DNA from: an uncultured Nitrososphaeraceae archaeon
GTDB lineage: Archaea > Thermoproteota > Nitrososphaeria > Nitrososphaerales > Nitrososphaeraceae
NCBI GenBank assembly: GCA_963765895.1
Contig: CAVXZB010000067.1
Span: forward strand, 1-14,388
Direction: 5' to 3'
Length of the DNA: 14,388 bases
In this document: positions 1 through 8,513 of the stretch, piece after piece
How the letters are laid out: each line of letters opens with the position of its first letter
Position numbering within the stretch: position 1 is the first letter of the stretch
Translations under genes and position numbers: made by a program
The notes under the pieces: model-generated
Databases searched by the model: none
What the model saw: only the letters and a program-made list of their open reading frames with translations
What the model was told of the DNA's origin: nothing

Positions 1-1
1 A

Positions 2-76
2 TCATTTAGTGGAGGTACTTTGAAATATAATATATATGCCGATCCAAATGGCTGGAGACAAAAACAGTTATTTTAA
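2..76 (+). CDS. Possible 3' end of a gene starting upstream of the window (SFSGGTLKYNIYADPNGWRQKQLF*)
   Basis: Frame is open from the window edge to TAA at 74-76; too short to assign a function. Confidence 0.3.
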   Translation, partial: SFSGGTLKYNIYADPNGWRQKQLF

Positions 77-290
77 ACAAAAGCTTATTAAATTTAACTA
101 TTAGTCCTATAATATGACTGAGCAAAATCTAAAGCCAACTCTAGTAAGTGACAATATGCACATCAAGATTTAGTAATTCTCTATAGGACTATTTGTAGAT
201 TCAGATCGAAGTTGATGAATATTAGGAGTTTGAATCAAACTATAATAGAAAGACTAAAGATAGATAAAAGTACAGTGGAGATCTTCTATA

Positions 291-959
291 TTGGTACACT
301 TTACAGTTTATAAATTGCGAGGTCTAGTCACCTCTTTTTCTAGGAAATGCACAATAGTTATTATTATTGTATTTTTTATGGCAAGTATTCTGGCATCGAT
401 TCTTCAGAAAACCGATGATTATTTCAATATTTCTTGGATTTATCAAAATTACGATCATAGTATATTGGCGCAGACAGTCATCAGTACCGGGTCTTTTGTC
501 TATTATAACAATACAGTATTAGGAATAGAAATACTAATACCACAACAATGGATCGGTAATCATAAAGATGACAATATAGTGTCTTCAGGTGATCCTAATT
601 TAGTTCAATTTTTCTCTCCACAAAAAGATGCACAACTTTTTGTCACAGTATATCCTTTACCAAGTTCAAACATGTCTATTAATGCTTATGACAAACAATA
701 TAATATGTATAGTAATGATCCAACTATTCATAATCTAATATTTGCTAATACAACGTTATCAGGAATGCCTGCTCACCAGGCAACATTCATGTTAAGCTAC
801 TCAGGAAAATCATATCATGTTATTCATGTGTGGACAATTAAAAATGATCATGTTTACAACCTTTCATTTAGTACATATGATGGGGCTTTTAAAAAGTATT
901 TATCACCAATAGAAATAATGCTAAGTTCATTTAGTGTTACAAGAAATAGAATATCATGA
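291..959 (+). CDS. PsbP-like (PsbP/Mog1 fold) exported or membrane-anchored protein
   Basis: N-terminal hydrophobic segment (TIVIIIVFFMASILASIL). PsbP-type pattern: YYNNTVLGIEILIPQQW ... TTLSGMPAHQATF ... HVWTIKNDHVYNLSFST ... FKKYLSPIEIMLSSF. TTG start is uncertain. Confidence 0.8.
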   Translation: MVHFTVYKLRGLVTSFSRKCTIVIIIVFFMASILASILQKTDDYFNISWIYQNYDHSILAQTVISTGSFVYYNNTVLGIEILIPQQWIGNHKDDNIVSSGDPNLVQFFSPQKDAQLFVTVYPLPSSNMSINAYDKQYNMYSNDPTIHNLIFANTTLSGMPAHQATFMLSYSGKSYHVIHVWTIKNDHVYNLSFSTYDGAFKKYLSPIEIMLSSFSVTRNRIS

Positions 960-1455
960 TGCCTTCATTATTTCTAGTTTGCATTATTTAATTTCACATC
1001 TATAGAAAGAATAAGTAAACTGATTACATGTCCATATATTTTAGTGTGTCTTATAAATGAGTTCTGCCTTTAGATATCTGCTTAAAGATAGATTTACTGC
1101 GTTATCTAAATTTGTGTGCATTTTCTTATAACCAGATAAGTTTACCTAGATAACAAACAGTAAAATCATATATAACTCTAAAAAAAGATCAGTAATATAA
1201 CTTACTTTGTTAACACTACCATATTCATGTTACCAATGTATAGATACTGTATTACATGAGATTGGTATATGTTAGGTACATAGTGGAATTATGAAAGGTT
1301 AATCAAGATTAGACTATCTTCCATACTGTGTTATTAACAAAACTTAACACAGCTTGCGGGCGCAGCCCGGCAGTAGAATGGCAGTTCTATTTCTTTGCTT
1401 CGTAGGTTTATACAAACATCATTATTAAAAATTGAAGATACTTATCAAAACTCAA

Positions 1456-1884
1456 TTACCTTGTTTTTAACAATAGGCTTTGTTTCTTACCGTATTTTGA
1501 AAATATCTGTTCATATGCTAAGTGTTTTTCTCGAATAAGTGCATTTGAGCTATCATACATTTTAATAAAATTTGCTCGTAAAACTAAATTTCCATCTAAA
1601 TCAAAGAATCTTATGCTATAGCTTTTTCTGTCATCCGATTTATTCTCAATTACAAATCTTGCCTCTTTGGTGTTGTTAAGGTTAACGTGTATATGCCATG
1701 GTCTGGATTCGTCGCCTATTGTAGCGTATTGTTCTCTAACTCGGAGCAGTAAATTCTTTTCTGCATTCACTTCGCATACTGCGCCACTGCTTCTTACCGA
1801 GAACATGACATTATCATGAGGAAGTATATCGTTTATAATATCCTCAAAGGTTATGTCTGAATTCTTGTCGACTGTAGATATCAT
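1456..1884 (-). CDS. HutX/ChuX/HemS-like heme-utilisation (heme carrier) family protein
   Basis: Motifs VMFSVRSSGAVCEV, WHIHVNLNNTKEARFV and SYSIRFFDLDGNLVLRANF match my recollection of the ChuX/HutX-HemS fold; 142 aa fits a single-domain member. Confidence 0.7.
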   Translation of the reverse strand: MISTVDKNSDITFEDIINDILPHDNVMFSVRSSGAVCEVNAEKNLLLRVREQYATIGDESRPWHIHVNLNNTKEARFVIENKSDDRKSYSIRFFDLDGNLVLRANFIKMYDSSNALIREKHLAYEQIFSKYGKKQSLLLKTR

Positions 1885-2093
1885 TTGTATGAATTACATG
1901 TAATCATCCATAATAGTATATTGAATAATTTAGCTAGCCGACAATTCGCCTTTCAGATATAGATAAGTGCCAGGTCCTTAACAATCTGAGATATTGAACA
2001 ATGAATTAATGTATTATCTATTCCACATACAAAGTTGAATAGTTAAGATTAAACACATAAATTAATAATATCTTGTATCCATAATATCTTCAA

Positions 2094-2120
2094 TTATATA
2101 ACTTATTTTGACATTGTCAA
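2094..2120 (+). promoter_or_regulatory. Archaeal TATA box (TTATATAA, 2094-2101) followed by a perfect palindrome TTGACA-T-TGTCAA (2108-2120), a candidate operator
   Basis: The TATA box ends 22 nt before ATG 2124, typical of a leaderless archaeal promoter. The inverted repeat lies between TATA and the start codon. Confidence 0.55.
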
Positions 2121-2123
2121 CCA

Positions 2124-3053
2124 ATGATAAGTGCTCTTTTCTGCCTTGAGATATGGGGAACTGACTATAACAAGATCAAAGAAACCTGTTTGCTAGCAGA
2201 AAAATTAGGATATCACGGGTTTTACTATGGTGAGTCTTTAACGGATATTGATTTGGATTGCTGGACCATAGTTTCTAATTTATCAGCAATGACCCATAAG
2301 ATTAAACTAGGGCCTGTTATAACGTATATTCTTCCTCAATATAGGAACATTTCTCTTTTAGCAAAACAGGCTTTGACAGTACAGGAAATTTCCAATGGAA
2401 GACTTGAATTTCGAACAGGTGTAGGTGCGACACCTCAATGGGCTTCAAATTGGTGGCATCCTTATGTTATAGATTATCCAAATAATGCTAAAAGAGTATC
2501 ATTATTTGAGGAAGGAATGGAGCTATTAGGTATGCTATGGAGTAGATCTTCAACGACAACGACATTTAATGGTCAACATTTTAAGGTAAAAGATATAGCA
2601 TTATTGAAAAACTGTCTTCGAACAAAGGTTATTCCAATAACGATAGCAGCTAAACAACTAAAAACTATGCAAATAGCTGCTAAATATGCACACATATGGG
2701 AGTGCTCTTATCTAAATCCTGAACAATTTGTCTCACTCAATAAAAAATTCGAAAATATGTGTAATAAGACTAATCGAGACGAAGGACGAAGAATAACTAA
2801 ATCAATTGAACTAGACGTCATTATCTCTGAATCTGACTCGGATTTAAAATACAAGAAAAGAATATTCGCTACTGAGAGAGGTTTATCTATGACCAATCAG
2901 ATATTCAAACAAGGACTCAGTGGAACACCTGAAGAAGTAAGAGAAAGACTAATACAGTATACAAGGGCAGGTGTGAATCAATTCTTGCTTGCATTTCATG
3001 ACCCACTTGATAATAAAGCATCAGAATTATTCATGGATGCCGCGATTAAATAA
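2124..3053 (+). CDS. LLM-class (luciferase-like) flavin/F420-dependent oxidoreductase
   Basis: AEKLGYHGFYYGE, DCWTIVSNLSAMTHKIKLG, LLAKQALTVQEISNGRLEFRTGVG, IPITIAAK, MQIAAKYAHIW and GTPEEVRERLIQYTRAGV are typical luciferase-like TIM-barrel motifs. Confidence 0.92.
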   Translation: MISALFCLEIWGTDYNKIKETCLLAEKLGYHGFYYGESLTDIDLDCWTIVSNLSAMTHKIKLGPVITYILPQYRNISLLAKQALTVQEISNGRLEFRTGVGATPQWASNWWHPYVIDYPNNAKRVSLFEEGMELLGMLWSRSSTTTTFNGQHFKVKDIALLKNCLRTKVIPITIAAKQLKTMQIAAKYAHIWECSYLNPEQFVSLNKKFENMCNKTNRDEGRRITKSIELDVIISESDSDLKYKKRIFATERGLSMTNQIFKQGLSGTPEEVRERLIQYTRAGVNQFLLAFHDPLDNKASELFMDAAIK

Positions 3054-3244
3054 TTTTATTAGGAATAATCATTATGTATGATTATGGTTGGTTATGTATC
3101 TTAAACATATGTAAACACTTCAATCTCATACTATATTCATTATGATATTGTTTGCAAGGCTTGTCCTTTTAGATCTAAAACGACTTTGTCAAGTAACTTT
3201 CGTAGTGTTATGATTGCACTCACAGTATCAATATCCGATGATAG

Positions 3245-3847
3245 CTACGGGGCTGTTTTGTTGTTGTTCATTGCGTTTGAAGTGGTGGTATTAAATGAAG
3301 TAGTATGTGATTGATTGGCAACTATTACAGTTCCATTCATCATATAGTTTGGAGCGCCATTATCAAACTTGGTCCAGAATAGATAAAAAGTACCAGTATA
3401 ATTAAACCTGATTGATTGATTTTGAAGCAAGAAAATTGTTGAATAGACCACTTTGATACACTACGTTCCTTGAGCTATTGTTTACAAGAATTACTTGGTG
3501 ATTATGCCCAGCGTCTGCGTTAAGCCAAGTGACTGTGGCACCTGTATTCACAACTGCATTCTGAGGAATGTAAGGTTGATTGGCAACCTCAATTCTTTCG
3601 GCTTCGCATTGGGGTCTTTATGTCCTTCATTAGGAATCACAATTACAAGATTCTTGATATTATCGCCAAGAATTATGGTCCGGGTTTAATGAATGGTAGA
3701 CGCTTTTATATCAGAGTTTATGGTTGACCATCTATTCAAACTGCTAGTACTGAATGGTTTGGTATGTTAGAAACAGCACCTCTTGTAAAGATTGCGAGTG
3801 TAGATGCAAATAATATTATCATCGTATTTGTTTTGTGTTGTATTCAT
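3245..3847 (-). pseudogene. Degraded secreted cupredoxin-like (plastocyanin-fold) gene
   Basis: Minus-strand fragments in different frames: signal-like MIILFASTLAIF; ILGDNIKNLVIVIPNEGHKDP (3673-3587); YIPQNAVVNTGATVTWLNADAGHNHQV (3587-3402, the cupredoxin G.TVTW.N.D...H motif); FNYTGTF...YMMNGTVIV (3451-3245). Frameshifts near 3587 and at an ATCA x3 repeat near 3409-3420. Confidence 0.72.
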
Positions 3848-4265
3848 TAAATATCTATCAGCCACAATGCACTAAAGTGTACACTAATTTTCAAATTCCG
3901 TAAAAACTAACACAGTGTATTCATCGAATGTATCGCACATAAATCTATTATTAGGGACCACTAAGCTTGTTAGATATATGAAATTCATGAATACCACTTG
4001 GGTTAGGTGCTTTAACTGCAAAAACATTAGCGAAAAGACCAAAGGAATCTAAAATTGAAATTCCAGAAAGATGAGTATGCAGGGAAATTGATTCTAACAC
4101 TCAATGCAAAGTAATTGTCATCCCTATTAGATAGTATCTTAATTGTTTTAATATAATGAGAACCTAAATTAATCAAATATTTTAAATAGATACATAATGT
4201 TACCGGACTCAGTTTTTGCGTATAACTATAATCTTATTAGCCTATACTTTATATAATAATATGAG

Positions 4266-4472
4266 TTGGATTACTCAGAATGTACTTGCAGTAGATGGAC
4301 CAGTAAAGTATTGGAGCCAATAAGAGTATCGCATTCACGTATCATTTATCGTTGTAGACAATGTGATGGTATAGTGTGTTGGTCTGATATTGACATAGCA
4401 TTCCGAGGGAAGATAAAGATAAGACCTAAATTTGAAGGATTCAGCAAAAAATTACTTCATGATCTTATCTAG
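4266..4472 (+). CDS. Small Cys-rich hypothetical protein, possible Zn-ribbon
   Basis: CxC (CTC) and CxxC (CRQC) motifs in 68 aa, with an AT-rich TATA-like tract just upstream (~4247-4258). TTG start. Confidence 0.45.
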   Translation: MDYSECTCSRWTSKVLEPIRVSHSRIIYRCRQCDGIVCWSDIDIAFRGKIKIRPKFEGFSKKLLHDLI

Positions 4473-4703
4473 ATTTTCTGTGGATCGCCTTTCAAACTAT
4501 AGATGAGCCCGCAATCTTGTCTCGGAGTGAATCTACCAGATATACTTCGACTCCCATGAGGTATTACGTCCAAAGAGGAACCATTTTAGCTGTAATAGAT
4601 GGACTTCTATGGGAGTTTACCGCTACTATTCCTTTTCAGTATTTCAAAACGAAATTTCAAGAGCTATTCAAAAATAAAATTTTCTATTTTTTTCCTTAGA
4701 TCA

Positions 4704-5116
4704 TTATCTTGGAGGTTGTTGATGGAATACTCTTTCTGGCTCTATCTTTAATACGACCCTCTTTTCATTTGGTGAATGATAGGGATATTTATCTAGACCT
4801 AAATACTTTTTTGCAAGTTTGTCAGCATGTTCAGTGCACCTTTAGTGATATGTTCGATAACTTTTCCTCTTATTGTAACCATTTCATATGGATTGTTATG
4901 ATTAACAACCGAGATAGCTATCCTGGGATCTCGTGAAATATTCTTGTGTTTAATCCTACCCTCAGCTGTATTTATTAAAACAGTGTTTGTATCTTTTTCA
5001 AAATCAATCCATACAGGAGTGATCTGTGGTGAACCATCTTTCATTAGTGTTGCTACAAAAGCAAAATTTTTTTCCTCAAGCAATTTAGCAGTAGGACTTG
5101 ATATTATTTGACTCAT
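4704..5116 (-). pseudogene. PPOX-class (pyridoxamine 5'-phosphate oxidase-like, split beta-barrel) probable F420-dependent oxidoreductase with a 1-nt frameshift
   Basis: FAFVATLMKDGSPQITPVW, NTAEGRIKHKNISRDPRIAISV and NPYEMVTIRGKV are present. After a 2-nt codon at 4833-4834 the expected C-terminus EHADKLAKKYLGLDKYPYHSPNEKRVVLKIEPERVFHQQPPR* continues in another frame to TAA at 4706-4704. Confidence 0.88.
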
Positions 5117-5139
5117 ACTTTAATAACAAATGCAAGACA

Positions 5140-5146
5140 TATTTAA
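5140..5146 (-). promoter_or_regulatory. Archaeal TATA box (TTAAATA on the minus strand) for the PPOX-class gene
   Basis: Lies 24-30 nt upstream of ATG 5116, consistent with a leaderless transcript. Confidence 0.5.
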
Positions 5147-5790
5147 TAATGGTTATGCAAGAATGAGAATCTAAAGAAATTGAGTTTAAAGTATTTAACA
5201 GAATGTAACAGAAAGTTATCCTCTTACGAATGATTCATTTACTTGCAACTGGTTTGAATATGGACTTTTATCAAGTCTTGCTTAGAGATATAATCATAGT
5301 TAGTTAATAGCAAGGGATGAACACCTTATTTCTGAAAATTATTTTATATATTATATAGTTAGTTGACTTCCAACTGTTACCATAGTTATCCTCTTTCCAA
5401 TTCCGTTTTGCCTTCTAAATTTGCTCCGATAGTCTTATTCTTGTAAAAGAGAATGTTTCAAAAGGCTGATGAAAGATAATGGATTAACTAGGCTGAAAGC
5501 ATTGTCTATGTTACTTGGCAAATACCAAAGCCAATGACGCTTAGAAGAAGCTGTAATTGTTTAAAGGATTATAGATAATGAGAAATCCAAGAAATCAGAT
5601 TATGGGGCAAAGATTTTACGAAGATACATAATTGAAATTACTGTGATTTATAGAAAAGCCTGTATCATTATATAAATTAAATGAAATGGTATTTGCACAA
5701 GTATAAAGCATATATAATATTCCCGTAATAAGCAATTAAAAGATATGCATGCCAAGATATGTATATCATAAGTGAACAATCAAGATAGAT

Positions 5791-6684
5791 TTAATCTGGC
5801 TTTGTAGAAAACATCATCAATATTACAAGATTAGTCAGTCTATGCATATTGTAGGTTATGCATCTGAATGATAGTTCCCTGTTTTGTGTTCTAGTTAATC
5901 TAGACATTATATGCTCTCCAAATAGTCTTTTTATTACGGAAACTATGGTTTCATCCTTGTTTCGTTGATTGTACAGCAATTTGGAGTAACCACGTTTCAT
6001 CTGATTTCTATATTTGCCACGTGTTCTCCATATGGGTACATGTTCATATCGAGCTGGGATTACACTAAATGCATGCAAGCCATCTCTTATCAAGAAATGA
6101 TTGTCTTCACTATCATAACCCTTATCAGCTGTAACTACAGATAATGGTAGAATTTCAGATATTCTTGTTATGATTGGCTTGAAATCTATGTTGTCATGTC
6201 TTGTTGGAGCTCGTCTTATTTTGATCGAACATATGATTTGTTGTAATACATCTGCTCCAATAGATAATTTCGCATATTTTCTTCTGGCTGCAGTTCGCTC
6301 AGTATAATATTGTGAAGCATGAGTTATCTTAAATCCTGTTGAATCTATTCCAGCAAAGATATGCGTGGTACCGCTAATCACAATGAATGATGAAATTATC
6401 TTTTCCAGTAAGGTATTGCTAATTCTGCCTGCAAACTTTTGCAATGTTGTAAAATGAGGAATTCGTGATAATCCTAAAAATAGTCTAAAGTAATGCGCTT
6501 CAACCAGCCATTCGATAAACATCCTATAACTCTTACCTTCATACTGCCTTATTGTGAGCAATACTAAATGCTGCCACATCGTAAAGACATGGTTACTCTT
6601 TCTATGAAGAAACAATGGTATCCTTGAATTTCTCAAGACACGATACATAGTGCACGCCAGCCTAACATATCTTGATTCTTTCAA
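5791..6684 (-). CDS. DDE transposase, IS5 family
   Basis: IPHFTTLQKF; first Asp in AGIDSTG; second Asp in VTADKGYDS; Y-(2)-R-(3)-E-(6)-K signature YNQRNKDETIVSVIK. The stop codon lies outside the inverted repeat. Confidence 0.93.
   Translation of the reverse strand: MKESRYVRLACTMYRVLRNSRIPLFLHRKSNHVFTMWQHLVLLTIRQYEGKSYRMFIEWLVEAHYFRLFLGLSRIPHFTTLQKFAGRISNTLLEKIISSFIVISGTTHIFAGIDSTGFKITHASQYYTERTAARRKYAKLSIGADVLQQIICSIKIRRAPTRHDNIDFKPIITRISEILPLSVVTADKGYDSEDNHFLIRDGLHAFSVIPARYEHVPIWRTRGKYRNQMKRGYSKLLYNQRNKDETIVSVIKRLFGEHIMSRLTRTQNRELSFRCITYNMHRLTNLVILMMFSTKPD
5798..5814. repeat. IS terminal inverted repeat at the transposase 3' end
   Basis: GGCTTTGTAGAAAACAT is the reverse complement of 6733-6749 with one mismatch. 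Confidence 0.92.
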
Positions 6685-6732
6685 TATCCATATACGATCA
6701 TACGTCTAGAAAGCTCTAATGGTGTTCAGAAC

Positions 6733-6749
6733 ATGGTTTCTACAAAGCC
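6733..6749. repeat. IS terminal inverted repeat at the transposase 5' end
   Basis: ATGGTTTCTACAAAGCC is the reverse complement of 5798-5814 with one mismatch. Confidence 0.92.
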
Positions 6750-8339
6750 GTAATAATACTATCTGGAATGTCTGATAAGGCGATTTTTCATAGGGACGGA
6801 ATAATGGTAATACAAAACAAAGAAACAGGGCAACTTGAACCTGCGGATCCCATCGTAAAAAACCTCGAGTGCAAGATTGAAGAATTAGAAGAACAGATTA
6901 ACACAGAAAAAGATAAAGAGTCAGTTGAAAGGAATAAACATCTAATCAAAGAAAATAAGAATAAGATTATGGAAATCGAATCTGAAATCAAGTATATTCG
7001 ATCTTGCGAAGAAAAACTGATTGACTTGAATAACCAGATAATTCTTTGCCTAGACACTCCCCAGGACTCGCTATTTGATGCGTTAATGAGTCTAATGTCA
7101 CAGGATACGGCTAAAGACCAAAAATATTCTTACGTTGAGAAATCAGGCTCCGGTAAATTGGGAACAAAAAATAACATTTTGAGAGGTATGCCTGTATTGT
7201 TTAGCACACGGGTAATAGATGATACACAAGGAGCACGTTTTGAAGAAAAGAATAGAAGGTTTATTCATGTAACCCCAGATACGAGTGAGAAGAAGATACA
7301 AGAAGCAAAAAGATTGATTGGCCATAAATTTGGCTCTCTTGAGGAAGAATACGATGAAGTTGTAGTTAGCAGAGATGACAAGGAGAAGGCCAAGCAAATA
7401 ATACGAATTCTAACAGCAAAACTAAAACAACATAGCAAACATTTTGAACCAAAGCAATCAGGAGTTAAAATACCATTTGAAGCGGCAATAGTAGATTCCA
7501 TTCCAAATAATCAGGTATGGAATATGACTGTGACTGAGAGGATGATGAAATATCTTTCAATTATAACAAAAGCAAATATGGACAGTAGACCCAAGTTAGT
7601 AAATGAAGATAATGGGAAATTTTATCCGATATCAACATTTGATGATCTAAAGGAAACATTAAAACTAATGGAAATAGGTGCTAGCGGTATTAGGCCGTAT
7701 ATAGCAGACTGGTTCAATAATGGGTTTACGATTGCATATAAAGAACTTGATGGGTATCCTAATGTAGATAAAGATGAAAACGGGAATGTGTTAGCGCAGG
7801 AAAAACGTCCTGGACTTACAACAGAGCAGTTAGCAGAGAAAACCAAGCAATTCTTCAATGTTTCAAAACCAAGTAGCCAAGCAATTCTTTACAAGTTTCT
7901 CTATCCACTAATTAATCAAGGTATAATAAACAAGGTCAAAAGTGAGATAGATGGTAGACAGAATATCTACTATCCTGTCGATGAAGAAGGAAATCTCTTT
8001 TCAATGTTTGACGATAACAAAGATCTTAGGTTAAAGGTATCAGATCCTGGTATATTTCCTAGTAAGAACTTTTTGAAGAAACAATTTAGAATATTGTCAA
8101 AATATTATATAGAAGAGGGGGGTAGTATTTTCAAAAAAAAGTCTTGTTATAAATTGGTTGATATAGATGGTGGAGAGATCTCTGTAGACCATTTGATTGA
8201 TAAATATTTGAATAACCCTGAAACTTGCTTTGTCGAAAAGTATGATTATAGCCATACAACAGCAATTACAAAGAACTTGCTAATGTATTCCCTTCAAGTT
8301 ATACAAAAACAGAAAGAAAATAATTTTAATTATTTATGA
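6750..8339 (+). pseudogene. 5'-truncated MCM-like/AAA+ helicase-type replication protein of an integrated mobile element, with a C-terminal winged-helix-like region
   Basis: The frame is open right up to the IS end (VIILSG-MSDKAIFHR). Walker-B-like IILCLD, GKLGTKNNILRGMPVLFST, arginine-finger-like EEKNRRF and a wHTH-like LTTEQLAEKT...LYPLINQGII...NIYYP are present. No Walker A is present. Confidence 0.62.
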
Positions 8340-8513
8340 CCCCTAACTCTATATAGTAAATTAACCGGATTCTCTAACAATAATACAGAACAAAATTATC
8401 AGTAGGGATTCCCTGGTTATCTTGCCTATTATCCCAAGGATTTTCTAATAAGCTCAAAGTAAAAAAATTAATTAATAAGATTATTGATACTAGAATAACT
8501 ACAATTATATGAC

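Larger units (their letters stand above)
5798..6749 (-). mobile_element. IS5-type insertion sequence (IS4/IS5 DDE group), 952 bp
   Basis: Terminal inverted repeats GGCTTTGTAGAAAACAT (5798-5814) and ATGGTTTCTACAAAGCC (6733-6749) match at 16/17 and enclose a single DDE transposase gene. No flanking direct repeat. Confidence 0.92.

Noticed and set aside
1356-1392. GCGGGCGCAGCCCGGCAGTAGAATGGCAG resembles the 5' half of a tRNA
   Set aside because: No anticodon arm, no T-loop (GTTCRA) and no complementary 3' acceptor strand follow.
2708-2896. 62-aa minus-strand ORF
   Set aside because: Antisense shadow inside the LLM oxidoreductase gene.
3495-3689. 64-aa plus-strand Cys-rich ORF (CxxC-like)
   Set aside because: Antisense to the cupredoxin-like pseudogene, which has the recognisable motifs.
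3876-3885. Perfect 10-bp palindrome AGTGTACACT upstream of the cupredoxin pseudogene
   Set aside because: Single short occurrence, expected by chance in 14 kb.
4517-4936. Plus-strand ORFs 4517-4699 and 4709-4936
   Set aside because: The second is antisense to the PPOX gene; the first has no recognisable motif or supporting signals.
5644-5660. TGATTTATAGAAAAGCC as a possible third IS end or MITE
   Set aside because: Only the terminal AAAGCC matches the inverted repeat well, and no partner end was found.
6788-7858. Four minus-strand ORFs of 78-89 aa
   Set aside because: Antisense shadows of the helicase-like gene.
8404-8414. AGGGA-T-TCCCT palindrome after the helicase gene as a possible origin or terminator
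   Set aside because: Only 5-bp arms, with no iterons or other supporting repeats.
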